NCBI GenBank assembly: GCA_047495785.1
Contig: JBLDXI010000030.1
Span: 744,001 to 808,000 of the forward strand
Source of the DNA: Lepidodermella squamata
Lineage: Eukaryota; Animalia; Gastrotricha
Direction: 5' to 3'
Length of the DNA: 64,000 bases
Of this stretch, positions 37,797-49,646 are shown in pieces. The first letter of the stretch is position 1; every line of letters starts with the position of its first letter. The notes under the pieces are model-generated. The model had not been told where the DNA came from. It searched no databases and saw only the letters and a program-made list of their open reading frames with translations. Position numbers and translations under genes: made by a program.

Positions 37797-38223
37797 CTGT
37801 ATATCTACTATTTTTCGGTGGTCACTAATTTTCGGTTTGATCTTTGAATTCGGTGTTATTGAGGAAACACCGAATTCAAAATCACCGAAAATAAATTCGG
37901 CCAATTTATTGTTCTTTTCTACAATACAGCTTCATCATGGTAAAGTAGGGTAAAATGTGCCAAAATTGTGTTATACCAGCAATTTTAGGTAGTAAGGATA
38001 TTGGAAGCAGCAGATATTGACGCTGCTAAAGCAGTGATTATCTCCTCATAGCGTGTAAAAACACGAAATCGAAGCACTGAAATCAATTTTTAAGTGACTA
38101 ATTTCGAATTCTTTTCTCAGGATCTACTCTCAAACCGAATTCAAGTCCACCGAAATTAAAAGTACAGGTCCGAAATCTCCAAAACCGAAAATTAGTGACC
38201 AACGAAAATTAGTAGATATACAG
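37797..38223. mobile_element. TA-flanked MITE (Tc1/mariner-like)
   Basis: About 42-bp TIRs CTGTATATCTACTA..TTTTCG.TGGTCACTAATTTTCGGTTT with TA on both sides; internal CCGAA repeats. Confidence 0.85.
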
Positions 38224-38267
38224 TATACAGTATTTGATTACTGATTTACTTATAACTCGATTGTGGC

Positions 38268-38459
38268 ATATCGTTAGCGTCGCTGAACAACTCGAATTTA
38301 GGCTTGTTTAAATAAATTCAAGGTTACGGGTGACAAATAAAAAGCGGCTTTTTAACATGAATGAAGAAGTAAAAACAAAAGACTTCAACTTGTCCCTAAT
38401 CACCTTGAAATGGATGTAAACAAGCCCAAATTCGGGTTATTCAACGATGCTAACGATAT
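38268..38459. mobile_element. MITE family A, copy 2
   Basis: TIRs ATATCGTTAGC / GCTAACGATAT; colinear similarity with 2009-2207. Confidence 0.78.
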
Positions 38460-38695
38460 TTCCGGGACCACATGAATTTAGATTAACCGTTTGAATTGAT
38501 ACTCATTTCGCAGCTCTGTCTCTATATGCGATGACAGCAGCTGTTGTTATAAAAATCTGGTAATCGTTCTGGATTGCATGAATTGAGGAATACCGCCTTC
38601 ATATCGGTTGATTTACGACGTAAGAGATCGCAAGTACTAGCGCATATTTATATATTTATCACGATACAGGTTTACAACTGCGAAGCGGTTGCATC

Positions 38696-38867
38696 CAGTG
38701 TACGAAATAAAATCCGGGAGCTGAGGTGTTTTCTAGCAACCAGCCGAAGAAACCAAAAGGGTTCCCCTGTGGTTTTTTCTGCCTTCCCCTGGTTTGAGTC
38801 CCGAACAGTGCGACGTACGGAGTTTCGAGACTCGAGACACCCCAGCACCCCTGTGCTTCGCACCCTG
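38696..38867. mobile_element. hAT-like MITE family C, copy 1
   Basis: Ends CAGTGTACGAA / TTCGCACCCTG; perfect 8-bp TSD GTTGCATC on both sides; homolog at 52691-52848. Confidence 0.88.
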
Positions 38868-39294
38868 GTTGCATCCTAAATCACTGTCTTCTGTTCAAGG
38901 GCTATAAAACTGCCATTAGCTGAGATCTTGTGTTCTCAGCCATTCTTGGACTCTTAAAGAGGAAAGAGAAATTCAGCTTTTTCGCCTATTCTTCATAAAA
39001 TTATTTAAAGTTTTCTCACGCTCTTCATGAATTATTCGATTGAAGATTTTACGGGTAGCAAAAAAACGAGTGACCATGACTCGGTACCGCGGGCTACGCC
39101 TTATTCATTTCCGCAATAATTTTTCCCGTGATAAGTTCTGAAAAATTATGAAAGTAAAGGAATATAGGATCAGAGGAAATTAAACATTTATTTTGCTCAG
39201 CCTGAAAGCGGCAATCGCCAATGAACAACAATTGAAGACTTGAGAAACAGTCGCGCTCACCGCTTCGATATATCTCTCATTGCTTACACCTTAA

Positions 39295-39696
39295 CCCTTA
39301 GCCGCCGGCGCAATGACGTGTTAGCTCGAGCACCTTTCAGAAAATCCCAGAAAATCCAGAAGAGGCTAAAATCAAATTCTGAGTCGGCAGAAAGTCTTAC
39401 ATTTAGCCTTAGATTGAAAGCCGAACCTCTTTTTTAGAAGAAATTTACCTGGGTTGCCGTTGCTATGACGTGTTAACGCGTTTTCATGACGTGTTAACAA
39501 GTCATTTAAAATTTTTCTCACTATTTTCGACCTGGTCAGAATGGCTTTGAAAATTTGGATTTTCGGGGAGTGTTTGTTTCTTGCTATTGATTTATCATCA
39601 TTTATGACGCAACAATGGGTTCGATAGCCCAAATCCTTCGACCACGGTGAATTTTCTCCGGAATTAACGTGTGTACACGTCTTAGGCGGCTAAGGG
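39295..39696. mobile_element. piggyBac-like MITE
   Basis: TIRs CCCTTAGCCGCC / GGCGGCTAAGGG flanked by TTAA (left) and TTTA (right). Confidence 0.72.
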
Positions 39697-40602
39697 TTTA
39701 CGTTTGCGAAGGTCTTGAAACAGATTTCGAGTGCGCTAGTCGCTAGTGTATATGAAATACGAACCTGACAGCGATATAATCCACAAAATCGGCTGCTTGT
39801 AATGAAACACTGAAGACTATAATATGTCCGCTTGTCTATTATCTTTGGAAAGCGAGAAGTTACGACGTATCGTGCCAACATTCTGGTAAACACTGTTTAC
39901 GCTTAGTTTATTTTCTTGACATTTGAAATCGAATATTGCTAATTAGGTAAGCTTTTTACATCATTTTCAAAAGAAGATGGATACCTTTTTGCTCTTTCGC
40001 TCATTGAAGTTTTCAAGCAGATAAGTCTTATCAGTCAGGTCTTCTCAGGTCGAAGCATTCCCATTCCACTTCTCTATTTCGGATCTTCACATGCTGATCG
40101 GCGGAAACAAAGACTCAGCCTCCCTTAATGAATCATGAGATCCCTAATATTGTTTTCATTTGATTTTAATAGATAGGCACTTCAGAAAAATCGATATGCG
40201 GATAAGAAATCACGTGTTTCAAATAGCTTCCTGTCAAGTGAAGGCACCAAACATATTATGGCATATGAAATAAGTAGCGTTTAATAATCTCATCTGACTT
40301 AAATTTTGTTCAAAACACATGTTTCATGCTATTTCACATTTATCAAGTAGTTGAATAGCGAAACGTGCCATGATTTCGTAAGATTGAGAATTTATTAGAA
40401 ATTTCAGTTTGTTATTACACTGGGCGACAATTATTGCAGGAATTTACTGATCAAACATGACAGTATTTTGTTCTCGCAGTCACGCGCCTGTTTTTTGGGT
40501 CTGCTAATAAGCACCAGGGCACTAGGCTAATTTGTCATGCTTCTAGCAATGTGCTGAAGATGACAACTCCACGGCGGTACTTTTGAAGCGAAGAGCAATG
40601 AC

Positions 40603-43068
40603 TTGCACCCTTATACGTTTTTTCCACACGGAAACATGTGTTTAACAGCGGACAAATTTAGAAATATATTACGCCTTGTCATGAGCACTCTCCCGTTTGC
40701 ATTTTCTCAGATGAAATCTCAATCGATTCTCGTACCGGTGTTTACAGCCGGATTGGAAGTTCTGAATTCAACAGTTCTACCGGATGGAAAACAGCAGCAA
40801 AGATGCTCAGAAGTAGCACTAAATTTTCTGGTCGATAGCTTGAATTCTAACTCGAAGTTTCTGCCCGACTATCATTTGCATCTTGTGACCTATGACACTG
40901 AATTGGCTTTTGATCCTCAAGATATAGTTGGATTCTACAGGCCTCTAGACAACAGAATCCCGGTAAACACTTCTATGGCACCGTTTTTTATGGGTCCTTC
41001 ATTGTCTCTGAAAACTGAAGACGCTCGATACTACAGAATATTCCAGGCGATTCGTAAATCTCTTTCGTTATCCCAGGTTCAAATACAGGCCGGAGGTTTC
41101 ATGTGGTCTTGGCCTGAAGATTTCTGGACTGATTCTGTTGGGGGCGTCTTCCTGAGACATGCCACCATTAATACGATCCTTCACGTTGGAAAGTGGCGCC
41201 AAATCGCGTTGCTCTCAATTGCTACAGAGGACGTAAGATCCGCGGAGGTCCTCATAAAGAATGCTAGCATTTTCGAAGCGAATGGCATAGAAGTCGTTCA
41301 AGCTGAGGTTGGCGTGACATACGCCGAATTCCTCGCCGTGAAAAAGCTGGGCTTAGCTAGGATCCTTGTTTTGTCTGGAACTTTTCTCTCTGAGGATTGC
41401 GCTAGGATAATGTGCGACAGTTTTGCGGCCGGGATTCGAGCTCCAGAATACGTCATGTTCTTCCCGAATTCAGTATGCGTGGGCTATCAACTGGATACAA
41501 CGGCATCAATCTGCGATTTGTCTATTCAATACCAGCAAATTAAAATATCACTCTATCTCACTCATTGGCCAACAGATCCTCTATTCTATTTGTACTCACC
41601 TGCTGTATACGCTATTATAGACACTGATTTTCTTTATAGCAAACAACGTCAAGGCCAGGCATTACTGCAGGAAAATTGTTCGTTTGATGCTTCTAAATTA
41701 GCGGCCTTGAATCGCCAGTTACTGAGCGGTCTCTTCCTCCTTAATGCTACAGAGGCAGTTCTGGAATCACGTCGCATCAGCCTTCGCGAATTTCGAAGCG
41801 ATAAACCAGAATCCTCCTGGAAACTAATTAGCCAGTCATTCAGTGATATGGGGAGTTATTTCGAGTACTTCAGATCCCGCAACAAAAAGACTGAGCAAGT
41901 TGCGGGGACGTCTTTCCTCGTTCAGAGGACTGGAAGGGGTTCTTTCGGTTTCGACTTCAGGTTCCTGGCAAACCTCACCGGTAATCGATCGACATTTGAA
42001 GATATATCAACTCAGAAGATTCAACTCATGTCGGCGATAAAATGGGCTACTGTGAGTGGTAAGGCCCCAAAGGACCTCTCAGAAGTAATCGCAATTCCGG
42101 GTCATATCAACTATTCTGAAATTTATGTATTGACTGGATTATCCACCTTGATAATTCTAGTTGAAGTCGCAATAGGAATTAAGGCTGTTCTCCGCCTTAA
42201 ACTTGGGTTGAATTTAGCAAGGACGCCTTACTTCAACACTTACTCAGGATTTGCGGTTCTCCTCGGGTGTTTGCTCCTCAACATTTCCGTGTATATCATA
42301 ATGCTAGGCCCAGTTTACTTCCCTGAGATACACTGCAACATCCGTGATTTGTTCACTGTACTCGGATTATCGATGGTTAACTCGGCGATCTACATTCGAA
42401 TGGCTACCATGGTGTTTTTTATGAATTTGCATTACTATATCAGCCGCAGTGTGAGGAAAGAGGCTTGCTTCAGTGTAAGCGAGGCTGAGAAGGACAGACA
42501 TCTTGCAATGATTGCCCTTCAAAAGACTTGCGTCATAGCGATATCAAGTGGCGTGGGCGTTTGCACAGCGATTTACGTCATTTGGCAAATTGCTGAACCG
42601 ATGAGTTATCTATCACGTTTTACAGACTCTGAATTCAGCTTTCAGCTTGACTCATTTTTCACAATCGAAATTCGATATTGCTGGTCGAAGAATGGCGGTT
42701 TTATGATAATGACGCTCGTTTTGATTCAGCTCATATTGCTGTCGATTGCCTGCTTTCTATCGGCTATCACTCGACCGACTGCAATTTCATGGCTGCGTCG
42801 GAGATTTCAGCTTGACGTAAGGACATACCGCATTGCTGCTTGGAATGCATTGTTCCTAACGTTGGTTGTTGCGTTTGGTGAGTTGGCTCTGACCAGAAAT
42901 GGCCATTCCCGAGCTCGTATCAGTACGACACTGGTACCAAGTGGGCTTTTGCTCTACTCGATTTCATCAGTCCTGACCATTTTCTACGGATTCATCAGGA
43001 TTCCTACTGTAACTCTGCAACTATATGCCAATCATCTATCTGGAATAGCTCCGAAAACTTCAGTCTGA
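40603..43068 (+). CDS. Divergent class C GPCR, GABA-B-like architecture (intronless), pair A copy 2
   Basis: Close full-length paralog of 34877-37267; the true start is probably one of the downstream ATGs (40636 or 40681). Confidence 0.85.
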   Translation: MHPYTFFPHGNMCLTADKFRNILRLVMSTLPFAFSQMKSQSILVPVFTAGLEVLNSTVLPDGKQQQRCSEVALNFLVDSLNSNSKFLPDYHLHLVTYDTELAFDPQDIVGFYRPLDNRIPVNTSMAPFFMGPSLSLKTEDARYYRIFQAIRKSLSLSQVQIQAGGFMWSWPEDFWTDSVGGVFLRHATINTILHVGKWRQIALLSIATEDVRSAEVLIKNASIFEANGIEVVQAEVGVTYAEFLAVKKLGLARILVLSGTFLSEDCARIMCDSFAAGIRAPEYVMFFPNSVCVGYQLDTTASICDLSIQYQQIKISLYLTHWPTDPLFYLYSPAVYAIIDTDFLYSKQRQGQALLQENCSFDASKLAALNRQLLSGLFLLNATEAVLESRRISLREFRSDKPESSWKLISQSFSDMGSYFEYFRSRNKKTEQVAGTSFLVQRTGRGSFGFDFRFLANLTGNRSTFEDISTQKIQLMSAIKWATVSGKAPKDLSEVIAIPGHINYSEIYVLTGLSTLIILVEVAIGIKAVLRLKLGLNLARTPYFNTYSGFAVLLGCLLLNISVYIIMLGPVYFPEIHCNIRDLFTVLGLSMVNSAIYIRMATMVFFMNLHYYISRSVRKEACFSVSEAEKDRHLAMIALQKTCVIAISSGVGVCTAIYVIWQIAEPMSYLSRFTDSEFSFQLDSFFTIEIRYCWSKNGGFMIMTLVLIQLILLSIACFLSAITRPTAISWLRRRFQLDVRTYRIAAWNALFLTLVVAFGELALTRNGHSRARISTTLVPSGLLLYSISSVLTIFYGFIRIPTVTLQLYANHLSGIAPKTSV

Positions 43069-43450
43069 TTCAATTATATTCGGAACATTTAATTGATGAC
43101 TTTTTACTTGTCCTGGTTGATCATTCGGATGTCTGCGATTTTCTAAATCCAGGGGCGACTTCGAAACTTGTTCCATGGAAAAGTTACGTATTATTTTAAC
43201 AAAGCGAAATTTGATAACCGAATTGAGGAAAAGCTTTTTGACGTGCATTCGAAAAGTGACATACGATGGGTTGGAAACGTAGAAGATATATAAAAATACA
43301 TCGAGGAACATTTTTTCAGCACGATCCAGGAAGGCAGAAATTCAACCTTGAAACATGCGCTAGGGTAATCGATATATGTCTAATCCTTTTTAAGAGATTA
43401 AAAATCCAGCAAGCCGAAAATTAAAAATAGTTCAACCAAATCTAGAAAAA

Positions 43451-46400
43451 ATGTACAGTTTTATTTGCGCATTGATCGTTTTGACTTGTGCAGCTACCAG
43501 CGCTGAGAAGCCAGAAATCACGCTGTCTTTAAATGAGACTACAGCTTGGGAGCAGCAAGTATCACTGGATGCGCAGCCAATGCCTAGTTACGCGGTTGCT
43601 TCGTCTTACAACGAGTCATCGATGGGTACTAAGCAGCTTATCACAATCATTGCTAGCGTTAGCTACGCTGGAGAAATGCCAATCGGTCCAATCGCTACGA
43701 AAGCTGTTGAGCTGGCTTTGGATAGGTTGAAAACTATGCCGAACTTCCTTGAGAAGTACGAACTCGCTATTGAACTTTTTGACGACCAGGTGAGACTATT
43801 CACACCTTTTCAAATATTCAGAGGACTGAAGTTACTTTATACGATTAACTTTACCCCTTGGACTTATTGAATCAGAGAATAGAAAATAGGTAATAGGCAA
43901 TGAGCTATAGAGAAAAATTTAATTTTCAAGTAGGCGCAAAGTACAACCATTCATCAATAATTTCATTCTTAGGGTTTCTTAGGCGCTTTGACACGCTTTT
44001 GTAACAAGAATTCTCCATATCAAACTTTCACAATTAACCGAATAACTGGTAATCCCTTGAAAAAGGTAAAAATGTGCAATTATTTTAGCTTTTTAGGGAG
44101 AGGGCAAAAATTCAGGATCAAATCCCACATCTTCATAATAATTACTATAATTAAATCAGATTTCGTCATCAGTATTACGTTTTCATCATGAAATCACTAA
44201 TAATATAATAAAAATTGATGACGAAATAGATTGGTTCTATAAATAGCTTTGCTGCTTTTTACAGTCAGCTTAGCTATTTTTAGCTCAACCAGTGTATTGA
44301 GTATTGACCTGTCAAAGCTATGTATTTCACAAATTTTACAGGTTTTCTATCTTCTTTTGTCATTTTCGGTCTCTTACCGCTATTTGTTGCTTTCTTCCGT
44401 TAGTGCCTTGACTATGTGACCATCGACGAGTCATTCTCTCGAATGCGTGGTATCAATGTTGGCCTCAATCGCCTTCCGGTTTTTATCAGCATGGCTTGCG
44501 ATTCTGTAGGAATTAGAACTGTAGCCGAATCGGCAAAGTACTTTGATTATTTCGCACTCATCCTATCCCTCCTGTCACCCGAAATGGCCTATCAGCGGCA
44601 AAGATTTGGAAATCTTTACGCTCTCGCGGAGCAATTCGAATCAGGCCATATAGCTGCTGTTGACTTCATTCAAGCTATGGGTTGGCGAAGGGTGGCCATT
44701 GTGTCAGAGAGTTTCGTATTGTACGACATGCTTCAGAAGTATCTGCTGCCAAGGCTTGACTCCAGAAATATTTCTGTCATCCATCTAAGCAAATCGTCTC
44801 ATGTTGCTGTGTATGACGATGAAATGATCCCTGTTTTCGAAGAATTGAAGGAAATCGATGCTAGAATTTTCATAATGGACGCAGATCGAGCCTCGGGAAA
44901 AGCTTGTTGGCTGCATCGTTACGGCATGTACGGGCCTAATTACGTGCCGATGTTCTGGTACTGGTCGGACAGCTTCCCCAATGGTTATGTACCTCCAGAA
45001 CAATCGGAATGGTGCACTATAGATATGATAAACGAAGTAATGGCTAGTGCTGTGATCTTTGGAGATTCAACTCTAGCCGAGGTATTAGGGCCAGAGCACA
45101 ACGACAGTTCAGGTATATCAGCCTCTGAATGGGATGAAGAAATGAAGCGTAAAGTTAAAGACCCAGATACAAGCGGATTCTGGGGTTACTATCGATACAC
45201 AATTTACGATGTCGTGCTTTTTATGGGCCTTCTCCTCGATAAAACCGAGGAAGCTCTCGTCACTCAGAATCAAACTCTCTCAGATTTCACAGATAATCCC
45301 GAAGGAAACCCAGAATTCGTTCGAATTTTGAAGGAAAGTATTTATTCGATCAATATTACTGGCATGAAAGGCTTGTATTCGTTCGACCCTGCGACGCAAA
45401 CTAACACAGACGGTTTTATCCCAATCACTCTGAGTAGATTCGATTTCAGCCAAGATGAGAACGGATCCTTGGTGCTCGGTCCGGTTCGAATAGTCGCAAT
45501 CAGCAATAATGACGACACGATGGACATTTTTTACGATCAATTAAGGTGGACCACGAAAGATGGTTTGGCACCTCTAGATGGGAAGCGCTTCATCGAGCAA
45601 CGTATGAATCATCTCGAAACGAATCACTACACCTCCTTGATTTCTCTAACGAGCTTAACAATGGCCTTGATGCTTCTACTGATTTTGGTCAAATTAGTAT
45701 ACATGACTAATGGGTCGATTGCCGTGTATTTGCGCAGAATCCTGAAAAGATGGAAGTTTTTTAAATCGTTGAATCAAATTGAGGGAACTATACTGGAGTT
45801 CGAAAAATGGTTGTTCCTGGGCAATTTTATCATTATTTCAGCAGTTTTCACTCTTCCTAACCCTGGAGCTAAATGGGACCTGCTAGCGACTTGCAACGCC
45901 AGATTACTGCTGTACTCTTTAGGCTTCTTTGTATCGACTGTTGCGATAGCGATGAAGTTGGATAGCGTTGTTAACTTTCAGGAGCAAAGTCGTAAAATCG
46001 CCAGAAGAGTACTCATTCTCGTGGAGACAGTATTGATAATCACATGGGTTGTTGGGACCCAGCCGATATATCTAGTGAAAAAGCTGTTCTCCACTTCTAG
46101 CGATGATGGGACGATTTATTATCAGCTATTTCGAATTGAATGCACGGTATCATTAAGCGATAGTGATGCAGGGATTGGTCTGGCAGCGCTGGTAGCTATC
46201 ATAGCTGGAGCTGTAGTGTTAAATTTTCTATTTCTCATCTGTAAGATCAGATTAGTAATTATGAGAAAGTTACTTGCGCATATTTAACTGTTACCTTGTT
46301 TGCAGAAGCGATTTTTCATCAGCAGAAGAAACAGGAGGTTGATTCTGCCCTGCTGCTGCTTGGTCATCACTGCCGGTGCGACTGCTCTCCTTGGATTGCT

Positions 46401-46622
46401 GATACCGGACCACCTAATCACCATAATGGCATGCTTTTCCATAGGCTACGTCTTGTTCACGACTTGCACTTTCTTGCAATGGGTGAGTGTATTTTACATG
46501 ATTTTAGTGACATTTTTACAGACGTCGTCTTTCAGCGGGCGGAAGACCGCAGGCTTACTGTGTCGTCGATATCTACTCGATATCGCAGAACATCACGCCG
46601 AGTTTCCTTTTTCGGAGTTTGA
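43451..46622 (+). CDS. Divergent class C GPCR, GABA-B-like architecture, pair B copy 1 (4 exons)
   Basis: Signal peptide; AVELALDRL..FLEKYEL..DDQ|C; GWRRVAIV; DARIFI; GMYGPNYV; 7 TM. Exons about 43451-43789, 44404-46254, 46306-46482 and 46536-46622 (last acceptor uncertain). Confidence 0.82.
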
Positions 46623-46834
46623 AATCAGAACGTCATTCATATCTTTCTACAAACAAATTCATGGTGCCGTTTAAAAATCGAAAAAGATCGCTACAACAGG
46701 TCAAAGACAAACATTCTCGTCAAAAAGTACTTTGCGAAATACAAAAAAAATGTCATACAATTTTATGAAGAATGCCAAGTTTTACACGCGATGCGCGGTT
46801 CCGAGGATGAGTTCGATTTTGAAGCTTTGTCATT

Positions 46835-47020
46835 CAGTGTCTTTCAGAGGGATATCATTCTCCCATGCCAGACAGGACGAGAACGGGCCTGCTGTTTCGT
46901 CAATTTTGGTGTTGGAGCGCGTTTTAGCGGAAAATTGGTGAAATCACTAGTTATTTTGGAAAAAAAACAGCAACGATATTTTGCCATTCCTGGCATCTCC
47001 AGGATCAAACATCGCACCCA
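46835..47020. mobile_element. Degraded copy of hAT-like MITE family B
   Basis: Reverse complement aligns by eye to 52306-52552 (GGGTGCGAT..GATCC.GGAG.TGCCAGG.ATGG). Confidence 0.6.
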
Positions 47021-49646
47021 TTTGTCGATCAAAATTAAAAGAATCTTGACTAATGTAAAGTAGGCATTAACGGAATTTTTGCCTTTTCTGTTGGATTCTA
47101 ACATGCTCTGGAGTATTCTTTCACGTGGAATACAAATTTTCATATTTCAGGCTCTCATCCTAATCAATTGAAAATACTAGCCTGTAAGCACCGATTTTTT
47201 GCATCGTATACTTTCAAAACGAGTTCAATGCAAGGCATTTAAGGTGGCTCGCTTCCGTTCACCGTACAGATGTTTCATTTTACGGAGGCGAACTCAGCAA
47301 TTATAATGGACGATTAAAATACTAATCTTCGAACCAAAAGATAAGTACCGAACTAAATGCAATGGAACGCTAAGTATGCAGAATGAGGCGGAAGAGGAAA
47401 TAGTCTGAAAGGAAATTTGAGTCTGTGAAAGGCGCGTGGTAACGCTCCCCGCTCTTTTGATTTGCTGCTTCATTGCGTGGCACTTTTCTCCTAGATAAAA
47501 ATGAAAAAGATCGACTACGTGTTGGCAATTTTTTCTCTAAATTGCGCTCTCGCTACTGTCAAGAAGCGAGAAAATGTTGTTTTTTTGAACGAAACAACAG
47601 CGAGGGAGCAGCATGTACCTTTGGAAGGCCAGCCGATTCCACTGTATGCAGTGGCCTCCAATTACAACGAGTCAGCAATGGGTCATAAAAAACTTATCAC
47701 GATAACGGCGGGCGTCAGCTATGCCGGAGACTTGTCGATTGGTTCTCTCGCCACGAAATCTATTGAGCTGACGTTAGACAGGCTGAAAGCTATGCCGAAT
47801 TTCCTTGAAAATTACGAACTCGCTATTGAACTTTTCAACGATAAGGTGAGATTGAAGTGAGGCACGTTATAGGCTATTTTCGACATTTTTCTACTTCTCC
47901 CAGTGCCAGGACCACGTTAACATCGAGGAGTCATTTTCGCGAATGCGAGGTATCAACATTGGTCTCAATCGCCTTCCCGTTTACATCAGCATGGTGTGTG
48001 ATTCGGTAGGGATTCGAACTGTAGCCGAATCAGCAAAGTATTTCAACCACTTTGTACTCACCCTGTTCTCATTCATTTCGCCTGAGAATCGAAGAGAGCG
48101 TTTCCCAAATCACTTTTCATTCACGCTAAAATTCGAAGTAGGCCACTTAGCTGCTGTTGAGTTCATCCAAGCCATGGGTTGGCGAAGGGTGGCCATTGTG
48201 TCCGAAAGTTTTATATTATACGAAAAGCTTCAACAATATTTGCTGCCAAGACTGGATGACCGAAATATATCGGTTATTCATCTGAGCAAATCTTCCCACG
48301 CCGCTGTGTACGACGAGGAAATGCTGCCCGTATTTGAAGAATTGAAACGAATTGATGCTAGAATTTTCATAATGGACGCAGATCTTGCTTCGGGAAAAGC
48401 TTGTTGGTTGCATCGTTACGGCATGTATGGGCCAAACTACGTTCCTATGTTCTGGTACTGGTCGGACAGCTTCCCTAATGGCTACGTTCCTCCGCAACAA
48501 TCAGAATGGTGCACTATCAATATGATAAACGAAGTGATGGCTAGTGCTGTGATTTTTGGAGATTCAACTCTAGCTGAGGTATTTGGGCCAGAACACAACG
48601 ATAGTTCCGGTATATCAGCCGCCGAATGGGATGAAGAGATGAAGCGAAAGGTTAAAGACCCAGATACAAGCGGATTCTGGGGCTACTACCGATACACAAT
48701 TTACGATGTTGCGCTTTTCATGGGTCTACTCCTCAACAAAACTGAAGAGGTTCTTGTGAAACAGAATCGAACTCTGTCGGATTTCACTGATAACCCAGAA
48801 GGAAACCCAGCATTCGTTCGAATTTTGAAGGAACGTATTTATTCGATAAACATTACTGGAATGAAAGGCTTGTATTCGTTCGACCCAGCAACGCAAACTA
48901 ACACGAAAGGGTACATCCCAATCACTCTGAGTAGGTTTGACTCATACAGAGACGAAAATAACACTTTGATTCTTGGTCCGGTGCGACTCGTTGCAACCTA
49001 CAACATTGATAGTGGTATTCAAATTTTCCACGACCGATTAAGGTGGACAACTATCGATGGTGCAGTGCCTTTAGACTCGAAACGCTACTTCGAATATCGA
49101 ACTCAACAAATCGGATCGGATCAGTATATCAGTTTGACAACCCTGGCTAGCCTGACTCTTGTCTACCAGTTCACTGTCATCGGAATCAAATTATTTCCAG
49201 TGAAGAAATCGCCCCTCCCGGCGCCCAAATCGATTCGGATCTTCTTGAAAAAGCATCTCTACATGAAGCACATGCCGAGGTTGAATGGCAAAATTCGCGA
49301 GAGTGAAATTTGGCTGTTCAGTGGTAACCTCGTCATCACCGTCGGTGTTTTTATCCTCCCACATCCCATGCATGAATTGGACGTGCTGTCGCTTTGCAAT
49401 GCCCGATTGCTTTTTTACTTAGTCGGGCTTTTCGTTACGTTCATTTCAATTTTGATGAAATTCGAGAGCATAGTCAATATTCGGTTGAATAGTAATAACA
49501 ATCTCAAGAGAGTTATAACATTACTTCAGATCGTATTGATTTCTCTCTGGGTTTTTGCTACCGAACCAGTGGATTTATTCAAAAAGGTTCTCCCCGCTTC
49601 TACTGGGGATGGAACAATCTACTACCAGCCATTTATAATCGAATGC

